From Dicyema japonicum (Eukaryota > Animalia > Dicyemida), in the NCBI GenBank assembly GCA_011109175.1, contig RDEW01000020.1:124001-188000 (forward strand): a DNA stretch of 64,000 nt. The letters are read 5' to 3'. A model generated the notes under the pieces. It worked only from the letters and a program-made list of their open reading frames with translations. It was not told where the DNA came from and ran no database searches. Shown here piece after piece: positions 52,101-64,000 of the stretch (within the stretch, counting starts at the first letter, position 1; each line of letters starts with the position of its first letter). Both the position numbers and the translations under genes were made by a program.

Positions 52101-54009
52101 GAGTTCTTTCGGATACTAACATAATTTTAACGTTTGGTTAATTAGAATGTTGTCTTTAATGAGCATCCTTTAGATCAGTGTTTCTCAACGAGGGGAGAAT
52201 TTTATTGCTCGATTTTTGAATTACGGATTTTTAAGATAAATTTATTTAAATCTAAATCAAACCAAATTAACTGATTTTTACTGTATGATCTGACTTTACC
52301 GTTGAATGAGACTCATAAACTTCCCAGGGTCGTTCTCCAGATTGCCCGGCATTACAGTTAGTTTTTTGGAATATGACTCAGTCTGGTCTCTCCAAAATAA
52401 CGGTGAAATAGCAGGGGCTGGCAAGCTTTCAGGCCAAATATCTCTGTAAAATTAAGTAGTGTTGCCATTAAAACACACCTAAACTTAGTGTTCATTCCCC
52501 GTTAATCAATATGGTTTACGTTTCTGTAAAGAGGGGAGAGAAATATTTATTAGTATTGAATAGGGAATGATGATTGACTCCTTCCAACTCTCACCATGGT
52601 GGTCAATTTTATTAATTTTTTACATAAATGGTTGTATCATTTTAAAATTTAGTTTTAGTAGCACTGTGATTACTGAAATATTTTGATCGACCACAAAATT
52701 CAAATAATTTTACCCCCCCCCCCCCTTTTTTAAATGCATGGAAAGGTGTGCAGAGGACGACATGATTTCTCTTCAAGGACTCGCGATCACGTAGGGCAAT
52801 TTAATTTGTACTCAGTGTCCGCAAGTTATGTTAGTACAGTGAAATTTTTCACCATTTAGAGCGAGAACCATTGTGGGAAAATCCACAATAATTTAAATAG
52901 GAATTTGGGTAATTTAATGTTATTTATACGTTTCCGTCTTTTCGAAATATCTTCAGTGATCAACGATTGAGAGACGATCACTCGGTCTATGATTTTCTTC
53001 TATGGGTTTATAGGTTTTTGTCTTTCGAAAGATCACATCAAGTCTTGATGGTCCAAAGCAATCTAAAGATCTCGAACTTCTCTTCCATCACGTCTATACA
53101 GTAATCGTACAAGTCCCATTGTGATGGTCTTAAGGAGCAACAATTTTGAAGCAATGATCTCTAGGAGGCTGAGTATTTTGTTCCCTCAGGACTCGTATAT
53201 CTCGAATAGACACGATGTTGTGAATTCTTTCAGTCAAGTTTCGATGTGTGATCAATTGTGATTTTCCTGAATGTTCTTTATAGATCAGTAAGGATCTTAC
53301 GATTGTGTGATCTCTGGTGGATTTGAGTAGTGGGAAGGGTAGGTGGTTAGGGGAGAGTGATTGTTAGAGATATTGTAAGCTCCGCATTTCAAGTTGATCA
53401 TCAATGGCAGGTTCTTCTTCTCCACCTATAGATTGTCAGCAGGAGTAGATTTTAAACAGTTCGTTAAAAACCAAGGCTTGTACCTAATGTAACTTTTGTA
53501 GGAAGGTGAGTGATTTGTATGATTCCCAACTTGCGGAGGCATAATTAAACGTCGTCCTGATGATTTTTTGTATAAGAAAGTGGGACATTTTTATATTGCT
53601 CGTTTGAGGGACCTGCTACTGCACGAAAATTTGTTTTTCGTTTGTCTTTAGTGCAGAGATTTTCGATTTGTTTGTTGAGACAGATTGAGGGCGAAACTCA
53701 TGCGATTTGAAAAGTTGAGGAGGCGGGAAATTTCGTTCTAAGCTACTCTTTTAAGAATTTTTGATACCACCGAAAGAAGGGAAATTGGTTGGGACGAAAG
53801 GGCAAAGGAATCTTAATCAGCTTTGAAGAGATGGCGATGGTCGATAACTCTTAGATGTTCATAGTACCTTCAGTCCCTTTGTCTAAGATGTCTTAAGTGG
53901 AAAATACAGAGACCATCATTTTGATTGTCGTGAATTGGGCTAGGCGTTTGAATATGTGTTCTCGCTGTTTGTTGTAGTTTGGTTATATAAAACCAAAAAT
54001 CAACATTAA

Positions 54010-54590
54010 ATTTTTTTTAAATGAAAGAAAATTTTATTATCAAATAAATAAAAATTAAATTAAGGCATCTGAATGGCCATGCTATTTCCCTAACAATAGC
54101 CAACGAGATACGTTCTCGGAACCAACCAGTCTCTCGCGGATCCTTGGTCACAGCTTGAATCATGGAGCCAATCTTACGAACCAACTCATCTGCTTGGGGC
54201 CAAGGATTCCTGACGTTTCCACCGCGAATATACAAAAAGATACTCCTCCGAAATTCTCTGGTACTTCCTCCTCTTTCGTTCCTCGGCCTGCTTTGAAGCA
54301 TGTCCTGGGTCTGAAGCAGAAGCAACCAAATTAGACGGGGAATAAGTATCAACACACGTCGCGTCCCAGATCAGGTTTCGTCCGTTGGCGAATGGAAAAG
54401 TCGTTATCCATCAGGGCGTTTTCCATCGTTTCGGGAAAGACCAGCAGGTTCTAACAGGCAATCATTAAATTAACAAGGAAAAAAGGCCGCCATTAAATAA
54501 TCCTGCTTTTCACAGCAACCATCTCATAATCACTTGGTCTCCCTCCTGGATCCCACGTAGTTCGCGCTGGCTCACATGACATGATGGCGT
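54010..54590 (-). mobile_element. CRE-like element C-terminus (REL endonuclease)
   Basis: LEPAGLSRNDGKRPDG, NGRNLIWDATCVDTY, EERKRRKY, DPRETGWFRERISLAIVR. Confidence 0.75.
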
Positions 54591-54591
54591 T

Positions 54592-55414
54592 TATTTATTT
54601 GTTTAACTCCAAAGACCACCAGAAAGATAGGTCAAAACTAACTAATTAAGTGATCCCAGTCTTTAACAACATCCGAACTTTCTTCGCCTGGTCTTCTAGT
54701 GATTCAACTGCACTCCGGAAGCGTTTTCCTCTTCCTTCTGCATAGGAATTCAATCGGCATGCACTTTTTTTTTATAGTCGACCGAAATTCATCTGTATGG
54801 GTCACTTTTTCCTTGAATAGGTTTCCCAGTTCCTTGCAATAACGTAGGAAACCCTGGCCATTCTTCAACGTCGCCTCATCAGAAACGAGGTCGCCAATGG
54901 AGATGTCAGTGTGTTGCATAATTTTCTGCCTGAAGAGTTCAAACGATCAATTCTCGAAGAAAAAATGGCGAATCTCCATTCGGAGCAAGCATATTCAATA
55001 GTAGGAACAATGACTTGTTGGTAGACCTTGTTGACGCAAGCAGCATCGGGGAAGGGGCTCTTCTTTATGATCGCTTTTAAAATGCTCCATTTCCGAAGAT
55101 TCTTGGCAAGCACCTCCTTTACGTGACTCGAGAACGTCATCAGAGAGTCGAAAACTATCCCAAGGACCTTTTGGGTCTGCTTAGAAGGGATAGAAGTATC
55201 TCCAAAAACACTTCGAATCCATCCTTAAATCTTCTATCAGTAGTGAAAATGGTGAACTGGGATTTAGATGCTGACACACATAACCGGTTTAGGTGTGACT
55301 GAACAATTGCTCCACCACGGAAGGAGATTTATCTCTTGCAGCGATAATTACGTCGTCCGCAATAGGATAAAAACATATTGTCCTGGTCATTGGTAGTAGG
55401 TAGGTCATGTAGAA
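54592..55414 (-). mobile_element. 5'-truncated Jockey/I-like LINE, copy C specific
   Basis: IADDVII, KVLGIVFDSLMTFSSHV, YQQVIVPTIEYAC; (taaa)n tail; TSD atga(c)tggcgtt at 54581-54591 and 55415-55426. Confidence 0.85.
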
Positions 55415-55661
55415 ATGACTGGCGTTCACGTGAGGTAAACCACTTACTCGATCTCTTACTATGATTGAGCTTTGTAACGAAAAATTAATGATATTAAAAG
55501 TAAACCGTCCATAACGTAAACATGTTATAACGCTGACACATGTGATATTGTGGCAAGGTTCCCATGGGGTGTCAAATATTAAAATTATAGAGTAATTTAG
55601 AATATTAATTTTATAATTAAAATTCGAAAATTTCCTTTTCCCAAATAATAAACAAATAAAA

Positions 55662-56816
55662 TTAAAGTAATGTAGCCTATAGAATGGGATATATACCATT
55701 GGTTCTATTCTGTTTCGAAATTTGTAATGAACAACGCCGATAACTCCAATAATTGAAAGAACTATGAAAGTGACTGTAATCCAATGATTTTCGATTTTTG
55801 TGAATTATTATTTGAAAAAATAAATTATCTTTTCAAAACATCCTGACTCTAACTATAATTTACTCAATGATACTATTTCCAACAAATCGAAAGTTCAAAT
55901 TATTCCGAAAAAACTGTGCTCTAAACAAATAAAAAATGGCAGTAATATTATCAGTAAAGTTGATTATAAATAATTCACAATAATAATAATTTCCAGCACT
56001 GACATAGTTAGGATTAATGAAATGTGGAATTCGAGCTTTAGTAATTGTGTTAATAAAACTGATTTCTGCAATATAATATTTATTTATTATTAAATATGAT
56101 CTGAAATGGATTATAAAATCAGTTCCATGTAGGAATAAATCAATACATTTTTATCACTATTCTGTAATAAGGTTGTTTTCGGAAAATAGATAACGTTTCG
56201 TCTATAACTAACATTTTCAAATACATTAGAATTATCAGTAATTTTTACTTTAATATTTCCACTTAGTACGGTTTGGAGTCGGTCTTTTGTAAAGTAGTAC
56301 CAAACCGGAACATTTGGGTCGTTAGAAAAATCACAGTCATTGGCCAAATTAAAAATATTCAAACCTTTTCCATTAAATTTTACATTGGAAAAAATACTGA
56401 AATGTTGAATCTTTAAAGAATAAATGTTGAGAGAAATACGATCTGTAAAATTTACCGAAATTATTCCGCATCTATAATATTCTCCAGTTCTGATATTTGG
56501 AAATTTTATAATTTGTGTATATCGATAATTAACTTAATTTTAGTTAACATAAATGTACTAGATTTTAACATAAATTTCATTGTTATAGCATGAAATCCTT
56601 CTGAATAGTCGACTAAGAATATGAAAGTTATAACATCACCAAAACCAAATTGATAGGAGTAATAGAGAAAACATTTCATACATTTTACTTGTTGTCTATA
56701 GTATTATTGATGAATTACATTTTTATCATTATTTGACAAAAAAAACTTCCACGAAATTGTATATTAGGTAAAACTTCAATTTTTGCAATAAAATAGAACA
56801 AAATTACCAACAACAT
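55662..56816 (-). pseudogene. LAMP-like glycoprotein, copy C (most divergent; coding status uncertain)
   Basis: Same signal peptide, two domains and TM segment as copies A and B. Confidence 0.55.
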
Positions 56817-57556
56817 AAAATATTAAATGAACATCTCAGTGTGACTAATTTAGGTCAGATATTGGGTTGATTAATTTATTTATAATTTTTATTAATTTTG
56901 AGATAACAATTTTTATATTCTATTTAAAATCATCTTAGATTCTTATTTTTATATTTATTTCATTAAAATTTTTAATGAAGCTGAAGGAACCCATAATAGT
57001 TCTCGAGGAACGCATGATTCAAGAACCGTGTGGAACTGCAGACTACCACATCATATAAGCAGTTTATTGATATAAAGAAGTAGTTTATTAGTCAGTTAGC
57101 ATGCCCGTCGTCTTTAACTGAAACTGATTGAATGTGATATAAAATAACTTTTTTTAGTGATAGGAATGCAGGCGTATTTGTGGATGAGAAATCCATATCA
57201 AGCGGATCCATAAGAATGAGAGAGTTATTATTGCGGATGCAAGTTCTGGATGATGTAAAGTTAACGAATATAATTTGTCTGATTTGGAAGCGACACCATT
57301 CGAAAATTTGAAAAACGATCACTTGGTTTCTGATTTTGTTAGTCCCCAAGGGGACAGGTTATTTATTGGCGTGACGTCGTCAGCTCGCAGACAATCAATA
57401 TGAGAACCAACGCAGGACCATCCATTGAGGAAAATTTTTTTGTCGTTATTTCAAACAGCGTCCCATCTTGAGGATACGACTCTATTTAAGAATATTCTTA
57501 ATCACAGTTAAACATAACCTAAAATGCTAAGTACTTTTCAAAATTTTAATACTAAC

Positions 57557-58918
57557 TCAATTTAAATTAACGAAAGCCCTAAACAGACACAAATCATCAC
57601 GTGCATGCAAAATCAGTTGGAAATCAGCAGGGATAACAAAACAGATCCTTTAGAGATACGAAACCTTTCATCTAACTCCTCGACATCAGCTGATCCAAAG
57701 AGCACGAAGCATATTGAAATAGTGCGGACATTGACAGCTCTAGTGACTCCAAGTGGTACCCTTAATTAACCAATAAGCACACCAATAGCTTTTCGATCCC
57801 AAATTCTTTCGGGGGAGGAATATATAGGCAATTTGAGGGAGTAATCAAAATCTCAGAAGGTTTGAAAGGAGAATAATTGACAAGACGACAGAGATTGTCC
57901 ACATCGCAGAGTTTTGGGGTCAAACCAGCCCTGATGACCATATCCGAGTGAGCCATACACTCAACACAGTCTAAATATAAAACTGAGTCAACCTCCGTAG
58001 AGATAAGCATGAGGCAATCCAGCGTCAAGAAACATGGCCTCGTCAGGGTTCAATTTCACAATATTTAACAAAAAGACTGCAAAACAGCCAATATCTCCAT
58101 CAAAATGTAGAGTCGTCCATCTAAACCAATCAAAAATATTCCACGTGTCTGAAATGTCAAAAAATGAAACCTTTATCTTGTTTGGATTCACAGATGTTTC
58201 GTTCCAAAACATTATTTTGAGCAGTTTTAACGGATTCCGTTGAATTGAGTGATCTGTCCATAAGTTTGATGAAACAACACTTCAATGTTTCCGTTGTTGG
58301 ATTGGAAATAAAGTTACAAGATTCCGCGGCGCCCATCAAAGATTTCAATTCAGGGATCTCTAAAGGTGATGAGACGTGGGACCATTTAAAAAATATACAA
58401 TCTCTGAATAAGGTCTGAATCCACACAAGCCATAAAACGGAGTAATAGCTACACACATTTCTGGTTTGTGGTTGGCTTCTGGATACACACGTGGGTTACT
58501 TCTATTCAGTTCTTCTGCTTGTTGCTATGACATTAAACACACGTGACCTTATTCGGGTGTATTTGGATAGATAATGGTTTTGATACGGAGAGTACCTTAA
58601 ACAAGAAGGGTAAACGATCCCCAAAGATGTCAAAGGAGTCCGAACCCAAATAGTCCGTATTTTTGGCCAAGAACTTGTCCAATCCTTCCCCAGTCGTAGA
58701 AATGCGAGAACAACCATTTGGATGGGTCCCCATCCATAACTACCATTCGTAACAATAAAAACTTCTGCGTATGGCTGATCGTGTTCGACAGTCACGTGGC
58801 CACCTGATTCTGCTAGTTGTGCTACTAAACTGTGTGGCGCTTTAATTCCCCAGGCATATTTCTGAACAGAGCATTTCAGTGTCTTTACTAAAATAAAACA
58901 GTTTACTTAACTTTTCAT
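57557..58918 (-). CDS. MPI: Mannose-6-phosphate isomerase, type I
   Basis: [15 protein letters not shown]|[71 protein letters not shown]. Confidence 0.95.
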
Positions 58919-59032
58919 GCTTATTGGATTGAAATTCAATTTAACTTTAAAAAAAGAATTAATTTTAATAAATTAAAAAAAAGTAAATAACTATTAATCT
59001 AACAGTCTCCCTAAAAAATAAATAAATAAAGA

Positions 59033-59160
59033 CCCTTCAGGAACGCTGTTGGTTCACTGGCGGAGCATTCGAAGCGAATTCGAAAGATGTTGGAGGCTCG
59101 GATCACTTAATTTAGCGAGTTAATACTTTTTTGGTGGTCTTGGGGTTTTAAAAAAAAAAT
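59033..59160 (+). mobile_element. ~130-bp LINE 3'-end insertion
   Basis: Ends ggtggtcttgggg plus poly(A), like the LINE ends at ~17630 and ~54610; flanked by the direct repeat aaataaataaataaaga. Confidence 0.65.
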
Positions 59161-60244
59161 AAATAAATAAAGAAGATCTCTTTTCAAGCAACAGTCACTA
59201 GGACTACAAAGGTTCACCACCTTGTCGTTAAGACCAACCTTCTTTCTATGTACTTTTAAGGAAAATGGAACCCTATTGAGTCGGATATGAGGTCTTTTTA
59301 TTTTCTCCTGGAGAATTGATCATATCAACTCTGGCGGAAAACTCTGCCTCTTCTTTCCTCATACGAAAGTATTAACTGCTACTTTCCTTTCAGAGGAGTC
59401 GGCCAGAAGCAATGGGGGGATCTTGTATTTCATGAAAATAACAGGAAACCCATTTGGGAAAAGATTATCCCTGCGAGGAATCCTGATCGATCTTGGAAAA
59501 AGACAATCCGATTGAGTTCTTTTGCAAAAATTTGAAGAGACACTTCGGGATGGCCGTGGGATCGCTGGCATACCACTCGCGGAGAGTCTGTAAGTTACTA
59601 AACTCTGTGATCACTAAATTAGTTGGCTTTGGAACCTTTTTTCTTTGATCTTGGTTTCTTAATTAAAAATCTAATATTCCTGCAATATAACTTCCCCTAC
59701 TCCGCAATGAAGGTACGTCACAACCTCAACCTTCCGACCGAGGAACGAATCCAAGGAGAAGTCTGTTGTACCGACCAAATTCACCCTCCAATAGTCCATT
59801 ACAGGCTTCCGTTTCCTAAGATAGGTGGAGAAGTAGGTCAGACCTTTTCTATTTTCATCACACGTCCTACTGTCGCGGACATCACTTGCGGAAGAGTTAA
59901 TGGTAATCCTCACCAGTGGATTTAGTCAGGGAGAAGATTAGAGAATTCGTTCAAATACTGTCGTGTCAGAACGACTCGTCGCCTCACGGGTGGGATCGCC
60001 TAGACGAGAATTGACCTTCGCTGAAATGACTGTTTGCGTTTGACTTAGATTGCAAGCCTGGGGTAATAAAAAAACCTTCAACGGTGACCAGCATGTGAAA
60101 ATTGATAATTAAAGGCACATCGATAGTCCCTTGGAATCAATACCATATGGGCTAATTTTAATTATCTTAATACATCGGGAAATCGATTAATTAAGTTGGT
60201 TACTTTATTCGAATTCAAATTACGAACAAACGAATAGTAAAGGC

Positions 60245-63200
60245 ATGTCTTCCAGATTTATCGATTATGTTATTGTGGTTAAGTCTGATAAGGCATCCCC
60301 TCTCCTAAAAAAATATCCTACTGTGGATCACGAGGATTTTCCAATTCCCTACGACGTTGTTTTCTTTTGTCAACCAGAATGTTGCACAAACTGCAGTTGT
60401 GTTGGTCGTAAATTCCAATCTCAATTCTTCACATTTATGCTGACGGAAAAGGAAACCGCCAAAGTCCGCTATGGAATCACTCATAACTTCTATGTACAAC
60501 AACATTGTGGCGAAGAAATGGAATCCAAGTATTTCCTCGCATCTTTGTGCATAATCACTCAGCACAACTTTTTTTCCGCGTTCACGGAATGTTTAAGGGC
60601 GTTAAAGACTATTTTTGATTTTACGGAGAATTTATTTTTCGGATTGCAAAGAAAATGTTCCCAAGAAAATCAAAAGTTAAAATCACGTTATTTTTAAAGG
60701 TACAAATTTTGGGATGTTTTTCACGGAAAATTACGATTTCCAGTTTAAAAATTTGTTTGAGGAACTTCAAAGTGAATTAGAAAGCTGGATTTATCGACTT
60801 TTGCGTATTCCCAATATTCTGAGTGATATAAATGCAATCCAAGTACTTTGAATATTTTTTCCCAGATTTTACTGCTTCCTGAAACATCAGTGAGGGTTGG
60901 AATCCCGGACGATAAAAGACTTCATTTAGGAGACTATCCAATCGTATTTCCATTCGAAATTCTGGGGATCGACATTTGTCTGCAAATCCTCAGTCTAATT
61001 TTGCTTGAACAAAAAGTAAGTGAATATCCCCAAAATAGATTATTTTCAAATCTGAGAATTTTTCAATTCTAACTTTTACAATTTTTACTTTTCTGACGTT
61101 ACTCTACCCATTGGAGTACCTCTTCCCTGTAATTCCAATATTACCAATGTCCATGAACTCTGCTGAGAATGTTGGAGATTATATTTACCTCAGCTCATAC
61201 TGGCTCCCACTCCCTTCATTATCGGCCTTTCAGCTAATTTTATCAAAAATCACGAGGACTTTAAGTTTCCAACGGATATTTGGGTCGTCGACATTGACCA
61301 AGACAAAGTAGTCTAATAATCCCCAAATATTAGATCACTAAAGGCAAAACCTGCGAAGAAATCGTCCCGTTTCCGAAGGACCAAAGAATCTTGTTGAAGG
61401 AAAAAATCAAATTAGTAACATTTGGGTAATTCCAGATCCTCCAAAAGATGTCCAAAATGCCGGAAGCTAAAAATTCTACGAATGTGGAAATTAGAATAGC
61501 TCTTGTGAGTTTTTAGTTGTATTCCCAAGGTTGAACTTTTTGGGCATCTTATTGGTGATGTCTGCGATTATATCCAAATAATTCGTCTTTACCCCAAACC
61601 TTTGGTTAACTTTGACTCGGTCTCCTTTCTAAGTCAAAAAAACTGTCAGTTTATTTCTCGTCTGGCTAAAACTCAGGTTTATGGTCGATAAGATTCAGAC
61701 TATTCAATATTTTGCCCAACAACTAGTCTGCTGTGAATTTGAGCCTTTGAGGAGAATCATGAGAGGAGTCGAACCATCTGATGTTGGGGACAAAGTGGAT
61801 TGGTTCATTGAAGAGAGGAATGTTATGAAATATGACATCTTCTGCGACGGATGTTTTCTGAATTCTTCATCATTCGATCTATTCGCTAGGGGACAAAGTA
61901 GTTAAATATTTAAGTCGAGTCGATTTTGATTCCATACAGTTCCCCCTTCGTTTGCTGGACGATAGAAGGGAGAGCTATAAAGAAGGAAAGGATACCTCAG
62001 ACCTTTTAGAAAATTATAAAGAAGATTCACAAGATAATATCACTCCGAGGACACATTTCAGTCCTCCAGTGAAAACGACGACGAAACCACCATCGAGTAC
62101 GGGGAAGTTCAGATACAATTCAAAATGGAAGTTTCACTGTAACTTAGTTTTAGGGTCATCACTGACTTCAATAAAGGGAAAGTTTGCCAGCATCTACAAG
62201 TCAATAAAATACGAAAAGGATAACATTGCGTATATTATTTGACTCACGTAGTGTGGATAAAGACTTCTTGCATGAAATCGCTGGGAGACTTAAGGAAGGA
62301 AAGGGGCTTGGATGGGGGAATGTGGGACGACTAACATACCTGATGGGGAATGAGATATATAGAACAATATTACTTGCAAAAATAAATGGATTGAACAGAA
62401 ATTCTGCAAAAAAACAGTTCATAGAGCACGTGGTAGTATTTTATGGTTTATGTGGGAAATTTCTTACAATGCTAGTAAGAATTACATTAAACTGTGCAAA
62501 ATAATAATGCAAGGTCTCCAAAAGTCATGGACCACTAAGACCCCCAATGGGAACGGGAGTGCATATATCTTTCTAGAACTACTTTATACGTATTTTTACA
62601 AATGTCGAAAAAAGTCATCAATCGTATTATTTCACGAATAACCACAGTTATCAAGTAGACAATCCTTGATTTCTGAGAAAATGGGAATTCTGGAAGATCG
62701 GTCTGACAACGAAGCTGTCTATCTATATTTAGACGTCCTCCAAGGTTTTTTATAGTCACTTCAAATCAGTCCAAGACCAAGACTTTCTCAAATGCCACGT
62801 CTTCTGGGAAAGTGCCTACTTTTACGCAGTTTCGTATGAGAGAGACTTGGAAGGAGTCGAGATGGATTCTAATAATCTTTTAAAACGGTAGTGTCCCCAA
62901 TATATTTCAGCTACAAAGTTCTACCGCAGAGTTGAAGAAACTGGAAAATAAGGAGGAAACTCTATTATCTGATATGCTTTACAATTTAGTCAATTTAATG
63001 GTGATGACAAGGATGGAAGGTTTCTTCTTTGGTAGAGTATAATCAGAAAGGAGTGGGTATCAAAAAGATCATTCGGCGTCTTGTGGGAAAATGCCACATT
63101 GGACTGAGTCAGGGACAATTTCTTTACGATTTTTTGGATAATGTGGAGGAATTAGTTCAAATTTCTTCAATTTACTTAAAGGGGGGTAATACAACGAGGC

Positions 63201-63872
63201 TTATAGCGTATGGGCATTACAACCGGTCTTTATTCACTGCGAGTTGGGGTAAACAGTCCGAAAATGTGGTATTGGAGGTACTTCCCTCTCTTAAGTAGAT
63301 TTCACACGACTCAATTATCGCACGTGACTGGGATATGAACATACTAGACAGGTGGTGGTTTAACAGAATAATAAATTCAACTTTCATTCCGAAATCACGG
63401 GAAATACTAATTTGGTACAAAACCAGGGGGAAGAGTTCTCTATACAGGTTCAGGATGAGTCAGGTATGCTTATGAGTTAGGATTAGTCTGAGTTGTTCTT
63501 TGGCGAACTGAACACTGTTTTGGGGAGACAGGAGAGCGTTATACAAGAACAAGTCGAACAAAGTTTTTCAGTAGTCGACTGTGGAGTAAACGAACAAGTC
63601 GGAGTCCTCAAAATAAATAAAAATGGAGTGGAGATTAAATTTGAGACCCAAACAGTAACCAGTGAGATAATACAAAGATTAAAATAAGAACAGAAGAACT
63701 TAGGAGGTGTTTTACAAAGGGAGAGAACGTGGTAATCATCGAACAGTACAGTATTAGTGGTCTGGTAATAATAGATAAAGAAGAGGATGTATCAATATTG
63801 TGGAAATATCATAGTGATAAGGCTGGGGATATTTGCTACTCCGTTTTATGCCTTTTTTCTCATTGGAGATAA
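60245..63872 (+). CDS. MADD: MAP kinase-activating death domain protein (DENN-domain Rab3/Rab27 GEF), many tiny introns
   Basis: RFIDYVIVV..LLKKYPTVDHEDFPIPYDVVFFCQPE, FFTFMLTEKETAKVRYGI, LILLEQK, YPLEYLFPVIPILP, IRRLVGKCHIGL, and C-terminal ICYSVLCLFS. Confidence 0.93.
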
Positions 63873-64000
63873 ATAAAAATAATTTTAATGGCTAATTTTC
63901 GACTTTCGATTACATTTTATGACAATAGTGAAATTTATAGCAAAAATAGTAGACTGTTATTTCACCTTTGTTGAAATATTCGAGAATAATCTAGAATAAT

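Larger units (their letters stand above)
52945..57020. repeat. Older partial third copy C of the duplicated block
   Basis: Colinear with 12281-15925 plus 17660-17677; visibly more diverged than A versus B. Confidence 0.85.

Noticed and set aside
59200-60100. ORFs between MPI and MADD as genes
   Set aside because: Short, no recognisable domain; probably decayed LINE pieces but too weak to call.

Overview
AT-rich animal nuclear DNA made of compact genes broken by very small (mostly 20-26 nt) GT-AG introns, separated by large islands of nested, decayed transposons. The intron size and a cytoplasmic intermediate filament gene with a lamin-tail domain point to a reduced protostome parasite such as a dicyemid mesozoan (inference only). 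Host genes, identified by motif recognition and manual splicing: UBF-like HMG-box protein (5' partial), muscleblind, ARMH3/C10orf76, an apparently stand-alone glutamyl-tRNA synthetase, a cytoplasmic intermediate filament protein, mannose-6-phosphate isomerase and MADD. About 9.6-46.5 kb is a tandem ~19 kb segmental duplication (copies A and B), with an older third partial copy C at ~53-57 kb; all three carry a LAMP-like membrane glycoprotein (pseudo)gene. Transposons include RTE/BovB-like, Jockey/I-like, CRE-like and R4/Dong-like non-LTR elements, hAT, Mutator-like and pogo/Tigger DNA elements, and a tRNA-derived SINE. The most unusual signals are a marked CACGTG enrichment inside housekeeping gene bodies and their tiny introns, a C-to-G skew inversion within genes, GluRS unfused from ProRS, and a hAT excision footprint. 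I found no clear-cut novel multi-gene system. No database searches were run; coordinates of decayed elements and exon structures are approximate.
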